Assembly: GCA_965226885.1 (NCBI GenBank)
Contig: CBDDEL010000010.1
Location: forward strand, 96,001 to 160,000
DNA from: Opitutales bacterium
GTDB lineage: Bacteria; Verrucomicrobiota; Verrucomicrobiia; Opitutales; UBA2987
Length of the DNA stretch: 64,000 nucleotides
Direction of reading: 5' to 3'
Of this stretch, positions 36,771 to 48,543 are shown piece by piece. Under the pieces are notes generated by a model. The model searched no databases, was not told the origin of the DNA, and saw nothing but the letters and a program-made list of their open reading frames with translations. The first letter of the stretch is position 1. Each line of letters opens with the position of its first letter. Both the position numbers and the translations under genes were made by a program.

Positions 36771-37114
36771 GGTTCCTCGACGTTTTCAGTGGTACATTGC
36801 GGAGGGGATGTTGAGTTTACCGACGGCGAAGTGGAGCATGGTGATTAGCTTCTTTAGTGGTGTGATGGCCTCTGGCTTTGCGTTTGGTTGCGCTAAAGAC
36901 ACTGTTGAGTTCTTCAATGCAGGTATTGGTGAAGTGCGATTCCCAGTGGGCGAGGGTTTCCTCTTGGTGATTTTCGATTATGTTGGCCCATGGGTTTAAG
37001 GAAGCCTCGCCATGATGCTTACACATTGCGGTAATAACGTTCGAAATAGGTACTCAGGTTGCGTCTTCTCAGTAAAGGATATTGTGCCAGTACCACTGAA
37101 AACGTCGAGGAACC
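36771..37114. mobile_element. Internally deleted (MITE-like) ISL3 element
   Basis: 25-bp perfect TIR GGTTCCTCGACGTTTTCAGTGGTAC, 8-bp TSD AGATTCTA, remnant E.LNS.F...KRKARG. Confidence 0.88.
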
Positions 37115-37217
37115 AGATTCTAAGACGCAACTAGCTGATAAGCAGCTGATAAGCAAAAAGATAAAAAAAGAGCTAGACAATCCCGAATAAATCAGTCATG
37201 TTAAGATGGTATGAAAG

Positions 37218-38917
37218 CCGAGATTTCCCATATGAACATTCGTAATCGTTGAAAATAGCTACTTTCTAATATTTCGATCCAATTTTCTGCTTTCAATGTG
37301 ATTTTGCAATCCTTTCCTTGGTTATTTGATGATCAAATCGGCAGTATTTAACAATTATTGCTGATTTTCCCTTTGCTTGGTCAAATCAGGGAAAGATATT
37401 TCCTTCTGTTGGAGGTTTCCACAGCACTGATTCCCACAGCACTGATTCCTTTTGTATCGAAAAATCTTCTTACTCACCCCGTATCAGGTGCGAGTCGCAG
37501 TCGCTCTACTCGCTTGAGCATGGTTCGAAACATTTCTCTTGGGATGGCCACCTCAGCCATCTGGAAAGTGATATACTTGGCATGGTGGATCACCTTTGCT
37601 CCGATTTTGATGAGTTTCTCCCGCAAAGAGCTCAGCATCTAGTGCTTCACCTTGCCAGGAAGAATCAACCGGCGCATGAAGTTGCCCAGATTGTAGGCTA
37701 AGCCGAAGAGCTGAAGCCGAACGGCATTGTCCTCAAAGTCATGGCAGGACAAGCGGGTCCAGTGGATGGCATGTTTGCCCTCTTTGATCCACTGCTCTGC
37801 GGTGCCCCGGTGGTTGTAAAATTTCACTACCTTCCTGGGTGGCCAGTTCAGATTTGTCACGATGAAACCGACCCGCGCAAATAACTCTCCGGCCTGCCAC
37901 TCGACCTTGGCCACCACCCGGCGAGGTCTCTGCCAACTAGCGGCTTGATACGGAAAACTGGCATAAAACACCTTGGGTGCCCACGAGGGTCGCCCCACTG
38001 GCCGAGTGAGTAAAGGGGCGATATGTTTTTGTAAAATCGTGTTGCTCTGCAGCCGAATGGCATAGGAGAAGTTCTCTTGCTCAAGGTAACCGTAGAGGTC
38101 CGGATTGGCGAAGGCTGCGTCACCTCGGAAAAATCGTTTCAGGGGACAGTCACGATAGCGGGCAACGACCGGTTGGAGCACCGACAACCAATCGTCGGCA
38201 CTGTGCACATTGCCTTTACGCAGGTTGGCCCGTTCCAGATCACCAAACTGGTTGAAGCAGAACAGGGGATGGTAACAGGTGCAGCCGAAATGACCGTTGA
38301 AGGCTGAGCCTTCCTGCTTCCCGTAAGTAGGGCTCTCCGAACTATCCATATCGAGAATCAATTTTTTCATCCCCACTCGCCTATTCACCTGGTCGATCCA
38401 TTGACCACTCATGTCCATCAGTGCGCTCAGATTCGCAGGCTTGGTTAACATCTGTGTTTCAAAGCGGCTCATTTCACTGGGCGAAGCCGCCGGTTGCCAA
38501 TCGGCACGACCCCCGACAATCTGCCTCATGACCGGATCAAAGCGCAGGCGCTCCGCATCGTTCGTATCTTTGTATCCTGCCAGGCGACTAAAGACAGACT
38601 GCCGAAGCAGAGCCGTTCTGCCGTGCTGGATATTTTTGCCCGTGCGCTCCTCCACCACATTTTTGCTTCCTATTGCAGTCAGCCCGAAAGCCTCATCGAG
38701 TTCCCGGTAGAGTAACAATCCTGCATCACTGGTAACCTTCGCACCGTGGAACTCCAACTTGATTCGGCGGTTGAATTGAACCCGAAAACTGCTCTTTTTT
38801 GCGTCACCCATTGGATTTTAAGAATTTGCTCGTTATAAGTATATTTAAGTAACTTATTATTAAACACATAGCGCTTATTTCAAGCTAATTTTCTTATGAT
38901 GAAATGGGAAATATGGG
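37218..38917 (-). mobile_element. IS1380 type B copy 1 (transposase 38811-37639 with premature TAG)
   Basis: Imperfect TIRs CCGAGATTTCCCAT / ATGGGAAATATGGG; TSDAG, LDMDSS, RGDAAF, RGTAEQWIKE. Confidence 0.9.
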
Positions 38918-39049
38918 CTATATTGATTTTCGCTAACTCAATTATAGAACCCTTTTTTGGCCGGATCGAGCAAAAACTTGCTCTTTCCGGCTCTTTTTAT
39001 CAACGTCATCCAGTTGACTATAAAATCTTTATATTTTTGGGACAGCCTC

Positions 39050-39143
39050 TAGGTACAGATTGTTTTGCGTTCCGACTGCAAGACGTTAGGGAACCGGTTA
39101 AAATGGCACATAAGCAAAGACTGCTTACTATTCGAGTATTCAT
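39050..39143 (-). pseudogene. Lipoprotein 5' end truncated by IS-A (possible first integron cassette)
   Basis: MNTRIVSSLCLCAILTGSLTSC with LTSC lipobox, AGGTGG RBS. Confidence 0.55.
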
Positions 39144-39167
39144 AATGTTCCACCTGTTGTTATTTTC

Positions 39168-39188
39168 ATCTAACTATATGTAGGCGGC
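39168..39188 (-). other. Candidate attI core (GTTAGAT)
   Basis: GTTRRRY on the minus strand about 235 bp upstream of intI, 25 bp before a divergent gene. Confidence 0.45.
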
Positions 39189-39410
39189 AAATACGCCGCG
39201 ACAATTATGTACATTATCCTTTCGGCCAATTTATTCAATAATATTCGTAAATCTATGATAAACAACAGGATCACAAGGTTATGCCTGAAAAGGAGCAAAA
39301 TGATATGCGTCATTTCTGCCGCCTAATTGAAAACAATTACGCCGCCTATTAAATAAATTAATTAAATGCGTTGACGCATCATTTTATATATATACATTTG
39401 TTCACTTATT

Positions 39411-42400
39411 ATGCAATTTACTTCTCCAAAATTGAAATTTCTCGACCTTCTACGACATGAGATTCGCGGCCGGCACTACAGCTACAGAACCGAGCAAGCC
39501 TATGTTTACTGGACCAAAAGGTATATCCTGCACCATCACAAAAGACATCCTAAGGATATGGTGGCCAAAGAGATAAAGGAATTCCTAGCTTATTTAAGCG
39601 TCAATAAGCATGTTTCGGCAAGCACACAAAACCAGGCTTTCAGCGCCCTAATTTTCCTCTACCGGGAATTCCTTAAGGTCGATCCGGAGCGAATTGAAGG
39701 GGTGATACGTTCAAAAAGACCAAAGCGAATACCTACAGTATTGTCACGCGAAGAGGTTCAAGCGATTTTCAGCAGTATGGAAGGAGTTCCACAGTTGATT
39801 GCCAAATTGTTGTATGGTAGCGGATTGCGTCTGAGGGAGGCTCTCTGTTTAAGAATTAAAGATGTCGACTGGCACCTGAATCAAATCACCATAATCGACG
39901 GCAAAGTGTAAACGCCGGGATGAAACCGGTACGGGGGTCGGGGTAAAACCGGTACGCTTGGAATAAGGTTTAGGTTAGTAATTGCAGGTACGTCAAGGTT
40001 TAGGGTTTGGGAGTTGGTTTTGGGGATTGGCTTGGGGTCGGTGAGGAGGCCGGAGGCCGACGAGCCGGGCCCAAGGCGTTTATTGTTTTGTGCCACGGCG
40101 ACGGCGTCGAGCATCGCGCAAGCGGTAGCTTTGCCCGTTGGCTTCGAGGATATGCACCCGATGGGTGAGTCGGTCCAGCAGAGCTCCGGTGAGCCGTTCG
40201 GAACCGAGCACTTCGATCCAGTTCTCAAAGGGCAGGTTGGTGGTGACGATGAGACTGGTGCGCTCGTAAGCGCGGCTGACCACGTCGAAGAGCAGTTCGG
40301 AACCGGTCTTGGAAAAAGGGACGTAACCGAGTTCGTCGAGGATGAGTAGGTCGAGCCTTTCGAGTTGCTTCATGAAGCGCTGCAGGTCGTGGTTGTCGCG
40401 TTGCTCGAGCATATGGGTAACCAGGGCGGTGACCCCGAAGAAACGGATCCGCCGGCCCTGGGCACAGGCGGCAAAGCCCAGGGCGGTGGCCAGGTGCGTT
40501 TTACCGGTACCGGCGTTACCGAGGAGCAGCACGTTTTCGCGCTGGTCGACATACTCCCCGCGCATGAGCTCTCGGATGAGCGCTTCGTTGATCGAGGGCT
40601 GCGCTTCAAAGGCGAAGCTCTCGAGGGTCTTGAGCACGGGGAAACGGGCGTTTTTGATCCGCCGCTGGGCGGCCCGCTGTTCGCGTTCAATGAGCTCCCG
40701 TTCGACCAGATGCAACAAAAAGGCGGCGTAATCGAGCCGGTCCCGGGAACAAGCCGCGGCCACCGCCGGCCATTCGCGCAGGATGGTGGGCAACTTCAGT
40801 TTCTTGAGGTGATGGTGTAACAGCAGCTGGTTTTTTTCTTCCTTCATAAAGCCCCTCCTGGAATCTTGAGCAGTTCGCTGTAGGCACCGAGGTCAGGGGC
40901 GGCCACACGGACGTGACGCAGGTGTGGATGGCCGTCCAGCCGGAAGGTTCTGCTCCCGTAGTCTTCCTGAGGATAGAGATACTGGGCGATGGCCTCACGA
41001 GTCAGTCCCCCCCCACCCGCAGGGCCGAGACGACGGCCTGCTGCAAGGCCGCCATGGGGTGTTTCTCCAACAGCCGCAGCACCCGGATATACTCCCGGGT
41101 GCCTTCGCCCCCGCATTGGCTTTCGAGCCGGCGTCTGAGGACCTGCAGGCACTGCGGCAACTGCCAGCCCGAGAGTGGGCGGGCGAAGTCCAAAGCGCCC
41201 GGTTTTTTCTCCAGCAAAGCCAGGTAGTGCACCGGCTCGAAAGAGACTTGCTCTTTATCCCAAATGCGGCGGTGCCGGGCCACCTCTTGGCCCCCACAGA
41301 AGATCACCACCTGCCGACAGGACCCTTCCACCACCACCGGATGGTGGGCGCAGCGCACCGGCACCGAATAGTCGTTGCACTCGAAGCGCACCAGCGAGAG
41401 GCTGCTGACGCAGGTCGAGCGTTTGCGGCTCGCTTCAAAGGGTATGGGCGGCAACGCCAGCATGACGGCGCGCTCCTCGGCCAGCAGTTCCTTTTTCACC
41501 GCCCTTTTCCCGCGTAATTTACGCTCCATGTCCCGCTCACATGCCTCCAACAGCTTTGCGTTGAGTTCCTCCAGGTCCCGAACCTGCGGTACCGGTACCA
41601 GGAAGTTGGCCCGGGCATAACGCACGATCCCCTCGACCACGCCCTTCTCGTTGGGCCGGGCGGGCAGACAGAAGTGTTCCTCGAACAGGTAATGGCTCTG
41701 TAGCTGCAGAAACCCGTCGGTCAGCTTGCGTTCACGCGAACCGATAATCTTACCCACCGCCACCTTCGAGTTGTCATAGCTGATGCGCCGGGGCACCGCC
41801 CCGAAAAACTCAAAAGCTCGCAGGGGCCCCTCCCAGAAGCTCTCCGTGCACTCCCGTTCGAACACCTGCACGAAAAAGGCATCGCTGTAGGGCAGGCTCA
41901 TGGCAAAAAATGGCCGCCTACGCAATTGCCCCGCCTCCTTCACCAGGGCATGACCGAAGTCCACCTGTCCCTCCCCGGGGCGGTGCTCCAGCGGCACGAA
42001 CACTTCCCGCCGCCTCGCTCGCAGCTCGGCCACCACCTCCTTGACCGCCGTGTAGCCCCCTTGGTAGCCCTTCTCCCGACCCAAACGCTGGTAGATCCGT
42101 TTGGCCGTATGGCGCTGCTTCTTGGGCACGTTCCGGTCCGCTTTGAGCACCTCCTCGATCCAGCCCACATACGGATCGATCTTGCGCTCTCGCCTCTTCT
42201 TGCGCCGGTCTCCCGGCGGCTGGGAATAGGCCAGCATCTTTCCCAGGGTCTCCCAGTGCAGTCCCTCTTCTCGCATTACAGAGCGCTTGCTCTGCTTGTC
42301 CCGCAGCACTTTGTGCCGCACTCTTGTCCATTGCTTCATATCTCGATACACTCCTCCTTTCTAGGATAAGCGTACCGGTTTTAAAGCGCCCTCTTTACCG

Positions 42401-42907
42401 TACCGGTTTTTCCCCGGCGTTTACAGCAAAGGCATGAAAAGCCGGGTCACCGTGCTGCCGGACCCGCTCAAACCCCCATTGCTAGAACATATTGATCGGG
42501 CGAGGTTACTTTATCAATTGGACCAGAGTAAGAAACATCCGGGGGTTCAAGTTCCATTCGCGCTGGATAGGAAATATCCGAATCTTGGTAAAGAATGGGG
42601 ATGGTTCTGGCTTTTCCCGGCCAGAACATTATCCCGAGACCCGGTGAGCGGAATCATTCGAAGACACCACTTTCATCCCACAACCCTCCAGAGGGCGGTA
42701 AAGAGAGCCTCACAGTTGGCTGGGATTATTAAACATATTAGCTGTCACACATTTCGGCACAGCTTTGCCACCCATCTACTTGAGGACGGCTACGATATTA
42801 GAACGGTTCAGGAACTGCTGGGACATAGCAATGTCACCACGACGATGATCTACACCCATGTTCTGAATCGCGGCGGACTATGCGTGAAGAGTCCGCTGAG
42901 GGTTTGA
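39411..42907 (+). pseudogene. intI: Integron integrase interrupted by IS21
   Basis: HYSYRTE.AY..W..RY....HP, LLYGSGLR, IntI-specific insert ALDRKYP....WGW.W.FPA...[32 protein letters not shown]. Confidence 0.93.
39907..42425 (-). mobile_element. IS21 copy 2 (istB 40080-40847 intact; istA frameshifted in the C-run near 41007)
   Basis: 6-bp TSD GCAAAG; near-identical to copy 1. Confidence 0.95.
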
Positions 42908-43034
42908 TTAACCGGTGATGGCTGCCTTCGATCAGATAGCCCAAAACGGAGTGCCAAAAAAGCTTGAATAAGGAGTCGCACCATTCATTGCAAACCCCTG
43001 AGACATTCCCAACAGTCAAGACCAATGATTAACG

Positions 43035-45533
43035 TCAAATAGGTCGGATCGGGCTCAAGAGGCTGGCGTAGTGCTTCTCAGTGGTGACGGTGACATAGGA
43101 GTCGCCGAGGAACTGTGCTGCCGTCAGGAGTCCATCCCGCGTTGCGATAACGCTGCCGGCGTGTTTACGCAACTCGTGCAACCGTTTAACTCGATCCGGT
43201 ATGAAACGCGCAATCCAGACGCACGCCTCTCGCTGGATTGCTTTCCGCCGATCTGTTGGCGTGTACCCAGGCACGATGTAATCCCAAGCCTTCTTAGGCG
43301 GACAGAGTTCCTTCCAATCTTCCACTCTCTTCTCCGATACGGGAATCCACCGGTCCCGGCTTTTTGGAGCAAAGTCCTGCACTTCGGCCGAAGGTGTACC
43401 GGCCGACCGTGCCACTACACCGAGTTGATACCAACCTTTCTGCTTTTCAATCCAATGCCAACGTGCCGCCAGGATCTCCGCTGATCGCATCCCCAGGTAA
43501 AACGCCATCTCAAAAATAACGAAAAGCCGCGGATTCTCCGTCCGTAATTTCGTGCGCGCCTCCTGCTCCATTTGTTCTAGCACATTGATGTGCACTGGAA
43601 AAAGTGGACACGAGATTCTCCTAAATGGAGAATCGAAGCATGGGAAGAAGACGCTTTAGTATAGAGTTCAAAAATGAGGCAGTTCAACTGATGATACTCG
43701 ATGGTCTGAGCGCCACCGAGGTATCGACCAAACTTGGGGTCAACACCAACCAATTGTATAGGTGGAAGAGGCTCTATCTGGACGATCAGCAGGGCGAAGC
43801 CACCTCAAAGCGACAGAGCAGTCCGAAGGAGATGGCGGCCGAGATAGATCGTCTTCGCAAAGAGCTGCGCCGCTCGGAGCGGATCAACCAGATACTAAAA
43901 AAAACGGTGGGCTACTTTGCCAAGGACGAACAATGAAGTACCAGTTTGTCAAAGACAACGAGGGGCGCTTCAAGATCGAGGAAATATGCTCGGCGATGGG
44001 GATTTGTCGCAGTGGCTATTACTGCTGGAGGCACCGAGCGCCCTCGGCCCGGCGGATCGAGGACGAGGGAATCAAGGGGGCGATCCTGATCCTGAAGGTA
44101 CACAAAGAGGCCAAGGGCCGCTATGGGCATCGGCCAATGCACCGCCATCTGAAGGATGATGAGGGCATCGATTGCGGCCGTGACCGGGCTCTGCGTCTGA
44201 TGCGTGAAATGGGAATCAAAAGCACCCAGAGTAAACGCTTTAAGCCATTAAAAACCAACAGTAACCATCCCCCTATGGTTACAGCCCCAATGTGCTTAAA
44301 AAGCATGGCCAGCCGACCCATATCGACGAGGTCTGGGTGGCGGACACGACCTACCTACGGACCCTGGCCGGTTGGATGTACTTGGCCACGGTGATGGACC
44401 TGTTCAGCCGACGCCTGCTGGGCTGGAGCGTTTCCAACCACAACGACGCGAAGCTGGTTGGCAAGGCCCTCAAAGCCGCGGCCATGACCCGCGGCACACT
44501 GCGCACCGGGATTATTCATCACAGCGATCGGGGCAGCCCCTACGCCAGCGACGACTATCAGAGGCTGGTCTCTGAACTAGGCATGAAGCCGAGCATGAGC
44601 GCCCAAGGCAACTGCTACGACAACGCGGCCATGGAATCGTTCTACGGCCGCTTCAAGACCAGCACGATTCGAGGCCGCCACTTTGCCGACGAGCGCGAAC
44701 TGCGATCAACTGTCTTCGAATACGTGGAAATCTTCTACAACCGATATCGCAAACATTCCTCTCTGAGTTACCAAAGCCCAGTCCAATTCGAGGAAAATAT
44801 TTGCCCCCCATGGGGGGCAACGAGAAAACAAAACCCTTTACCAAAACAAGCCGCCTGACACACTAATCAATAAACAATGAATATAAGAGAATCCCGTGTC
44901 CAACAAATCCAGTACACGTCACATCCGACTCGATCGGTGCGTAGTGGGTTTTGTGCACCTTCAGCTTGGATACCCCCAAAAATCCCCTCAAATCTGGCAA
45001 ATGCAACTCTCCGTAGAGATTCTCCCGCGCAGCCTTGCTAAAAACACTCTGCGCCTGCCGCAAAGTGGAGTTGAGCGAATAGTTGTGCCGTAGATCACCT
45101 TTAGGAGAAATTCCTTTTCTCTTTCTCCTCTGACGGCGAAATTCGATCACAAAATCGCGGGTGAGGACATCTCAACGTAAATCCCGCGCCTCCTTGCGCG
45201 GGTAAACCTCGCGCGCCATGGCCAGCAAATTGCCCACATTGCGCTGCATCGAATCGGGCTGGATGGAGGTATAATCGGCAATCCCCTTCATATAAATATC
45301 GCAAATCTTCCCTAGGGATGGGTAGAGGTTGCGCCTTAACGCCGGAGCCGGACCTATCCCTTGTCCGCTCTCATGTAAGGTAAGAAAATCTGCCAAGCCT
45401 GGTCCCGGGCTTCGCGCTCATGGAATTTTCCGGTGGATCTTCGGATCTCCCTCCTGTTGGTACGAAACCGCACATGGTAAACACCTCTTTTGCCGTGTCG
45501 AAAAACATTCAAATCTCTCTTGGATCGAATCAT
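43035..45533 (-). pseudogene. Phage-type tyrosine integrase, decayed (frameshift near 45390, in-frame TGA 45172-45174, IS3 insertion)
   Basis: N-terminal Y.VRF....IRRSTG arm-binding-like domain; GMRSAEI, PKS, LHELRK, HYA. Confidence 0.8.
43586..44921 (+). mobile_element. IS3-family type A copy 1 (orfB frameshifted)
   Basis: TG...CA ends, TSD CAT; WVADTTY, HSDRGS.Y, CYDNAAMESF. Confidence 0.93.
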
Positions 45534-45754
45534 TAGAAGTTCAAAATTCTTTTAAGATTGCCAATCTTTGAGGCATGTATTTGAATTGAAAATGAAGCAG
45601 ATGACCTAAAATCAACTGTTTATTTATCCCGTTTTTTATCCCATTTCATTTGACACACTTTAGCTTTTAAGACACACCTTGAAATCGAAAATAGCAAGAC
45701 AAAATTGCCTTAATCCGCATAATAAAGCGGTAAACAATTATTTATCAAGGGAAT

Positions 45755-45831
<77 letters not shown>

Positions 45832-45964
45832 TATTAATATCTTATTGTTTTTCAATATTTTACACATTTGATTCAATCAAATCTTTAATATTAAAGAATA
45901 AAAGTAAGAATAGACTCGCGAATAATCGTCAATGACGCCGAGTTAAATTATCCCTGATTATTTC

Positions 45965-46693
45965 TTGCCTATCAGCCTGTCAGAGCAAACATCTTCTCTT
46001 GTGTCCTCTCCCCCTCAAAAGAGAATTCGACTAAGTGATTATAAGGGAATTCCCGAGCAAGGGATAAGGGATTATTTTAATTACTCGGGTATAATAGACA
46101 AAAGTTTCCTAAAAAAGTCTGTTTGGTGGTGGCGAAGCATCGATGGAGTGCTCAAAAAATACAAAATTGGAACCTGCAAAGATTTTCAGAACCCTGATGA
46201 ATTTTTTTGCGGATTTCCTTTACGTTTCCTTGAGGACCTCAAAATACAACAGGAATACAATAGGATCGAACCTATAATGGATTTTATCTTTTATTTTGAG
46301 CTTTCGGGGAGGATCGACCCTCCAAAAAACTGGGGTCCCGCAATCTCTGAACTTCCTTATACCCGCAAAGGTGTTCCTCTCGTTGATGCTCGATTTTCCG
46401 AAAGAGAATTTGAATACATCTCCTGCGAAGATTTAAACATTTGCCTCAGTAGCCCCGATTCATATCTAAAAAAGCAATTTCTTGCCTTTGTTGACAGAAA
46501 ACAGAAAGAGTATGGGATTGAAAAAACCAAATGGAATAAAGGGCAAGCGAACCGCACAAAATACAACATATCCTCTAAATTTCAAGTCCTTGAGATTTTC
46601 GATAAAATAACGATTCTCGGGCAAAATAAAGACATCGGTAACGACAAAAAAGCAAATCTTCGGAAGGCTATTCGCAAGTTTTATCAGGGCTGA
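45965..46693 (+). CDS. Hypothetical protein of the integrative element
   Basis: 242-aa AT-rich ORF between tRNA and AlpA-like gene; no recognised motif. Confidence 0.6.
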   Translation: MPISLSEQTSSLVSSPPQKRIRLSDYKGIPEQGIRDYFNYSGIIDKSFLKKSVWWWRSIDGVLKKYKIGTCKDFQNPDEFFCGFPLRFLEDLKIQQEYNRIEPIMDFIFYFELSGRIDPPKNWGPAISELPYTRKGVPLVDARFSEREFEYISCEDLNICLSSPDSYLKKQFLAFVDRKQKEYGIEKTKWNKGQANRTKYNISSKFQVLEIFDKITILGQNKDIGNDKKANLRKAIRKFYQG

Positions 46694-46750
46694 TAAATTT
46701 TCTTACTTATACCCGTTGAACATGCCGCATGAAATGTTTTTCGTGGTGGC

Positions 46751-47008
46751 ATGAACCGAGAAAACTTAAGGTATGCGAGAGGGGTAGGGAAGCCTGAATG
46801 GATACGTTTGCCGCGTCCAGGCGGACGCTGTGAGCACACAGGTCTTTCAAGAACAACCCTTACAGAGCTGACTGTTCCTTCACCGGCGAATCAATCCTCA
46901 CCGCCTGTGAAATCCAGATATCTTAGGAAAAGAAATGCTCGGCGAGGAATCCGGCTAATCAATTACGATTCCCTAATGGAATACATTGAAAAACAAGGTG
47001 TACTATAG
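46751..47008 (+). CDS. AlpA/excisionase-like small DNA-binding protein
   Basis: WIRLP..G.RC..TGLSR..L.EL....RLI..DSL..YI; directly precedes the helicase. Confidence 0.65.
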   Translation: MNRENLRYARGVGKPEWIRLPRPGGRCEHTGLSRTTLTELTVPSPANQSSPPVKSRYLRKRNARRGIRLINYDSLMEYIEKQGVL

Positions 47009-47016
47009 GGCTGTAA

Positions 47017-48543
47017 TTGCAGAAAGGTAAATTCATGAAAGTTAAAAGACTTTATCCTTCTAAAAGGAAAAGGGCTATAAAAAGCAGGTTTCCGAGGAAA
47101 AAGAAGGTAAAAAGGAAATCTAAATCCTGTAATTTTCCTCGGCAAAAAGTTCTCGATAAAATTGAAGCCAAGGTTAGCTCTGCTGTCTATTTTAATAAAA
47201 AAAGCGGGACTGTAAGAAAGCTCAATGATAGATACTTCGCGAGGTTATTTACTAAAGTCCACTCGATTTTATTTGAGCCATCATTAAATGGATTTTACCG
47301 TTATAATGCAGCGAACGGGGTTTGGGGAAATACCACAGAGACGAAACTGCTCAACCAGATTGGCTCAGTGATCAAGATGTATGCGGATAATCAGGGTAAA
47401 CCTGAGATAAACGAGAAAAACGACACAAATTTTCAACGTAATGTTTTAACCCAATTGAAGGGAAATACTGAAAAAAAGGATGCCTTCAAAACCAAAAATG
47501 GAATCCTACACCTTGATAATTGCATGTTGGATATCAATGAATATCCGCCGTCTGAGAAAAAGTTTTCAAAAAAATATTATTCAACTTATCAGGTGCCTAT
47601 TCGCTATGATCCTAAAGCGATATGTCCGAAATTCATCGATAAACTTCTTATACCAGTCCTGTTAGCCTATGATCTCGACCTTCTTCAGAGAGTATCAGGG
47701 GCTATTTTGTATGGGGGAAATAAGGCTCAACGAGTAGAAATCATTGAAGGTTCGGGCGGAACCGGTAAATCTCAATTTGTTGAAATTTTGGAGGTAATAA
47801 TTGGAAAGGAGAAATGCCATGAACTTCGAATTCAAAATATGGATTCACGTTTTGAAATTTCACGACTACTGGGGAAGACACTTTTGGTGGGGGAGGATGT
47901 TCCAGGTGATTTCCTTAATCGCAAATTTTCACACAAAATCAAAGCATTAACAGGGGGAGGCCACCATTCAGTAGAATCGAAAAACTCAAATGCCACCCTC
48001 CAAATTCAAGGTAAATTCAATATCCTAATTACTTGCAACAGCGAACTTCAGGTCAAGTTAGATGGGGATTACTCCGCATGGGAGAGAAGATTGATAATAA
48101 TTCCGTTTCAATCTCATAAGCCAAAAAAGCGAATCCCAAATTTTGCGCAAATGCTTTTGCGCGAAGAAGGCCCCGGAATCCTGAACTGGATGATTGAAGG
48201 GTATAAAAAACATCGAACAGAATTGAAATCTTTTGCAGACTTCAATCTCAATATAACCCAAAAACGAAGGGTAAAGAATCTTTTGAATGAGAGTACCCCC
48301 CTACAGATATTCGGCCAAACCTGTGTAAAGAAAGCTAAAGGAGATGTGACAACCGATGAATTGGTTAATGCCTATTTCAAATTCAAATTTTCTCAAAATC
48401 GTAAATGGGAGGAATTGACTCGACGACAAGTAGAACGGGGCCTACCCGGTATCATACTAGAGCTGTTTCATGTAATTCGACGCAAAGACATTAAAAGGGG
48501 AGGCAAGGCTCGCCGTGGCTATAAAGGGATCAAGTTGAAGTAA
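47017..48543 (+). CDS. P4/D5-like SF3 helicase, with no evident primase domain
   Basis: Walker A G.GGTGKS, LLVGED, IKALTGG, ITCN, AWERR, E.PGILNW. Confidence 0.85.
   Translation: MQKGKFMKVKRLYPSKRKRAIKSRFPRKKKVKRKSKSCNFPRQKVLDKIEAKVSSAVYFNKKSGTVRKLNDRYFARLFTKVHSILFEPSLNGFYRYNAANGVWGNTTETKLLNQIGSVIKMYADNQGKPEINEKNDTNFQRNVLTQLKGNTEKKDAFKTKNGILHLDNCMLDINEYPPSEKKFSKKYYSTYQVPIRYDPKAICPKFIDKLLIPVLLAYDLDLLQRVSGAILYGGNKAQRVEIIEGSGGTGKSQFVEILEVIIGKEKCHELRIQNMDSRFEISRLLGKTLLVGEDVPGDFLNRKFSHKIKALTGGGHHSVESKNSNATLQIQGKFNILITCNSELQVKLDGDYSAWERRLIIIPFQSHKPKKRIPNFAQMLLREEGPGILNWMIEGYKKHRTELKSFADFNLNITQKRRVKNLLNESTPLQIFGQTCVKKAKGDVTTDELVNAYFKFKFSQNRKWEELTRRQVERGLPGIILELFHVIRRKDIKRGGKARRGYKGIKLK

Larger units (their letters stand above)
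33351..38917 (-). mobile_element. Putative IS1380 (type B) transposition unit carrying a TonB-dependent receptor
   Basis: CTATA direct repeat at 33346-33350 and 38918-38922; IS at one end only, cargo downstream of the transposase. Confidence 0.7.
31661..39049 (-). mobile_element. IS-A copy 2, split 13 bp upstream of its start codon by a 5.6-kb insertion
   Basis: TIR at 31661; the other end (38918-39049) matches the copy-1 end at about 14549-14680. Confidence 0.88.

Noticed and set aside
25821..39050. Genes left of intI as a cassette array
   Set aside because: No attC-like inverted repeats recognised after the lyase, tpl or TBDR genes
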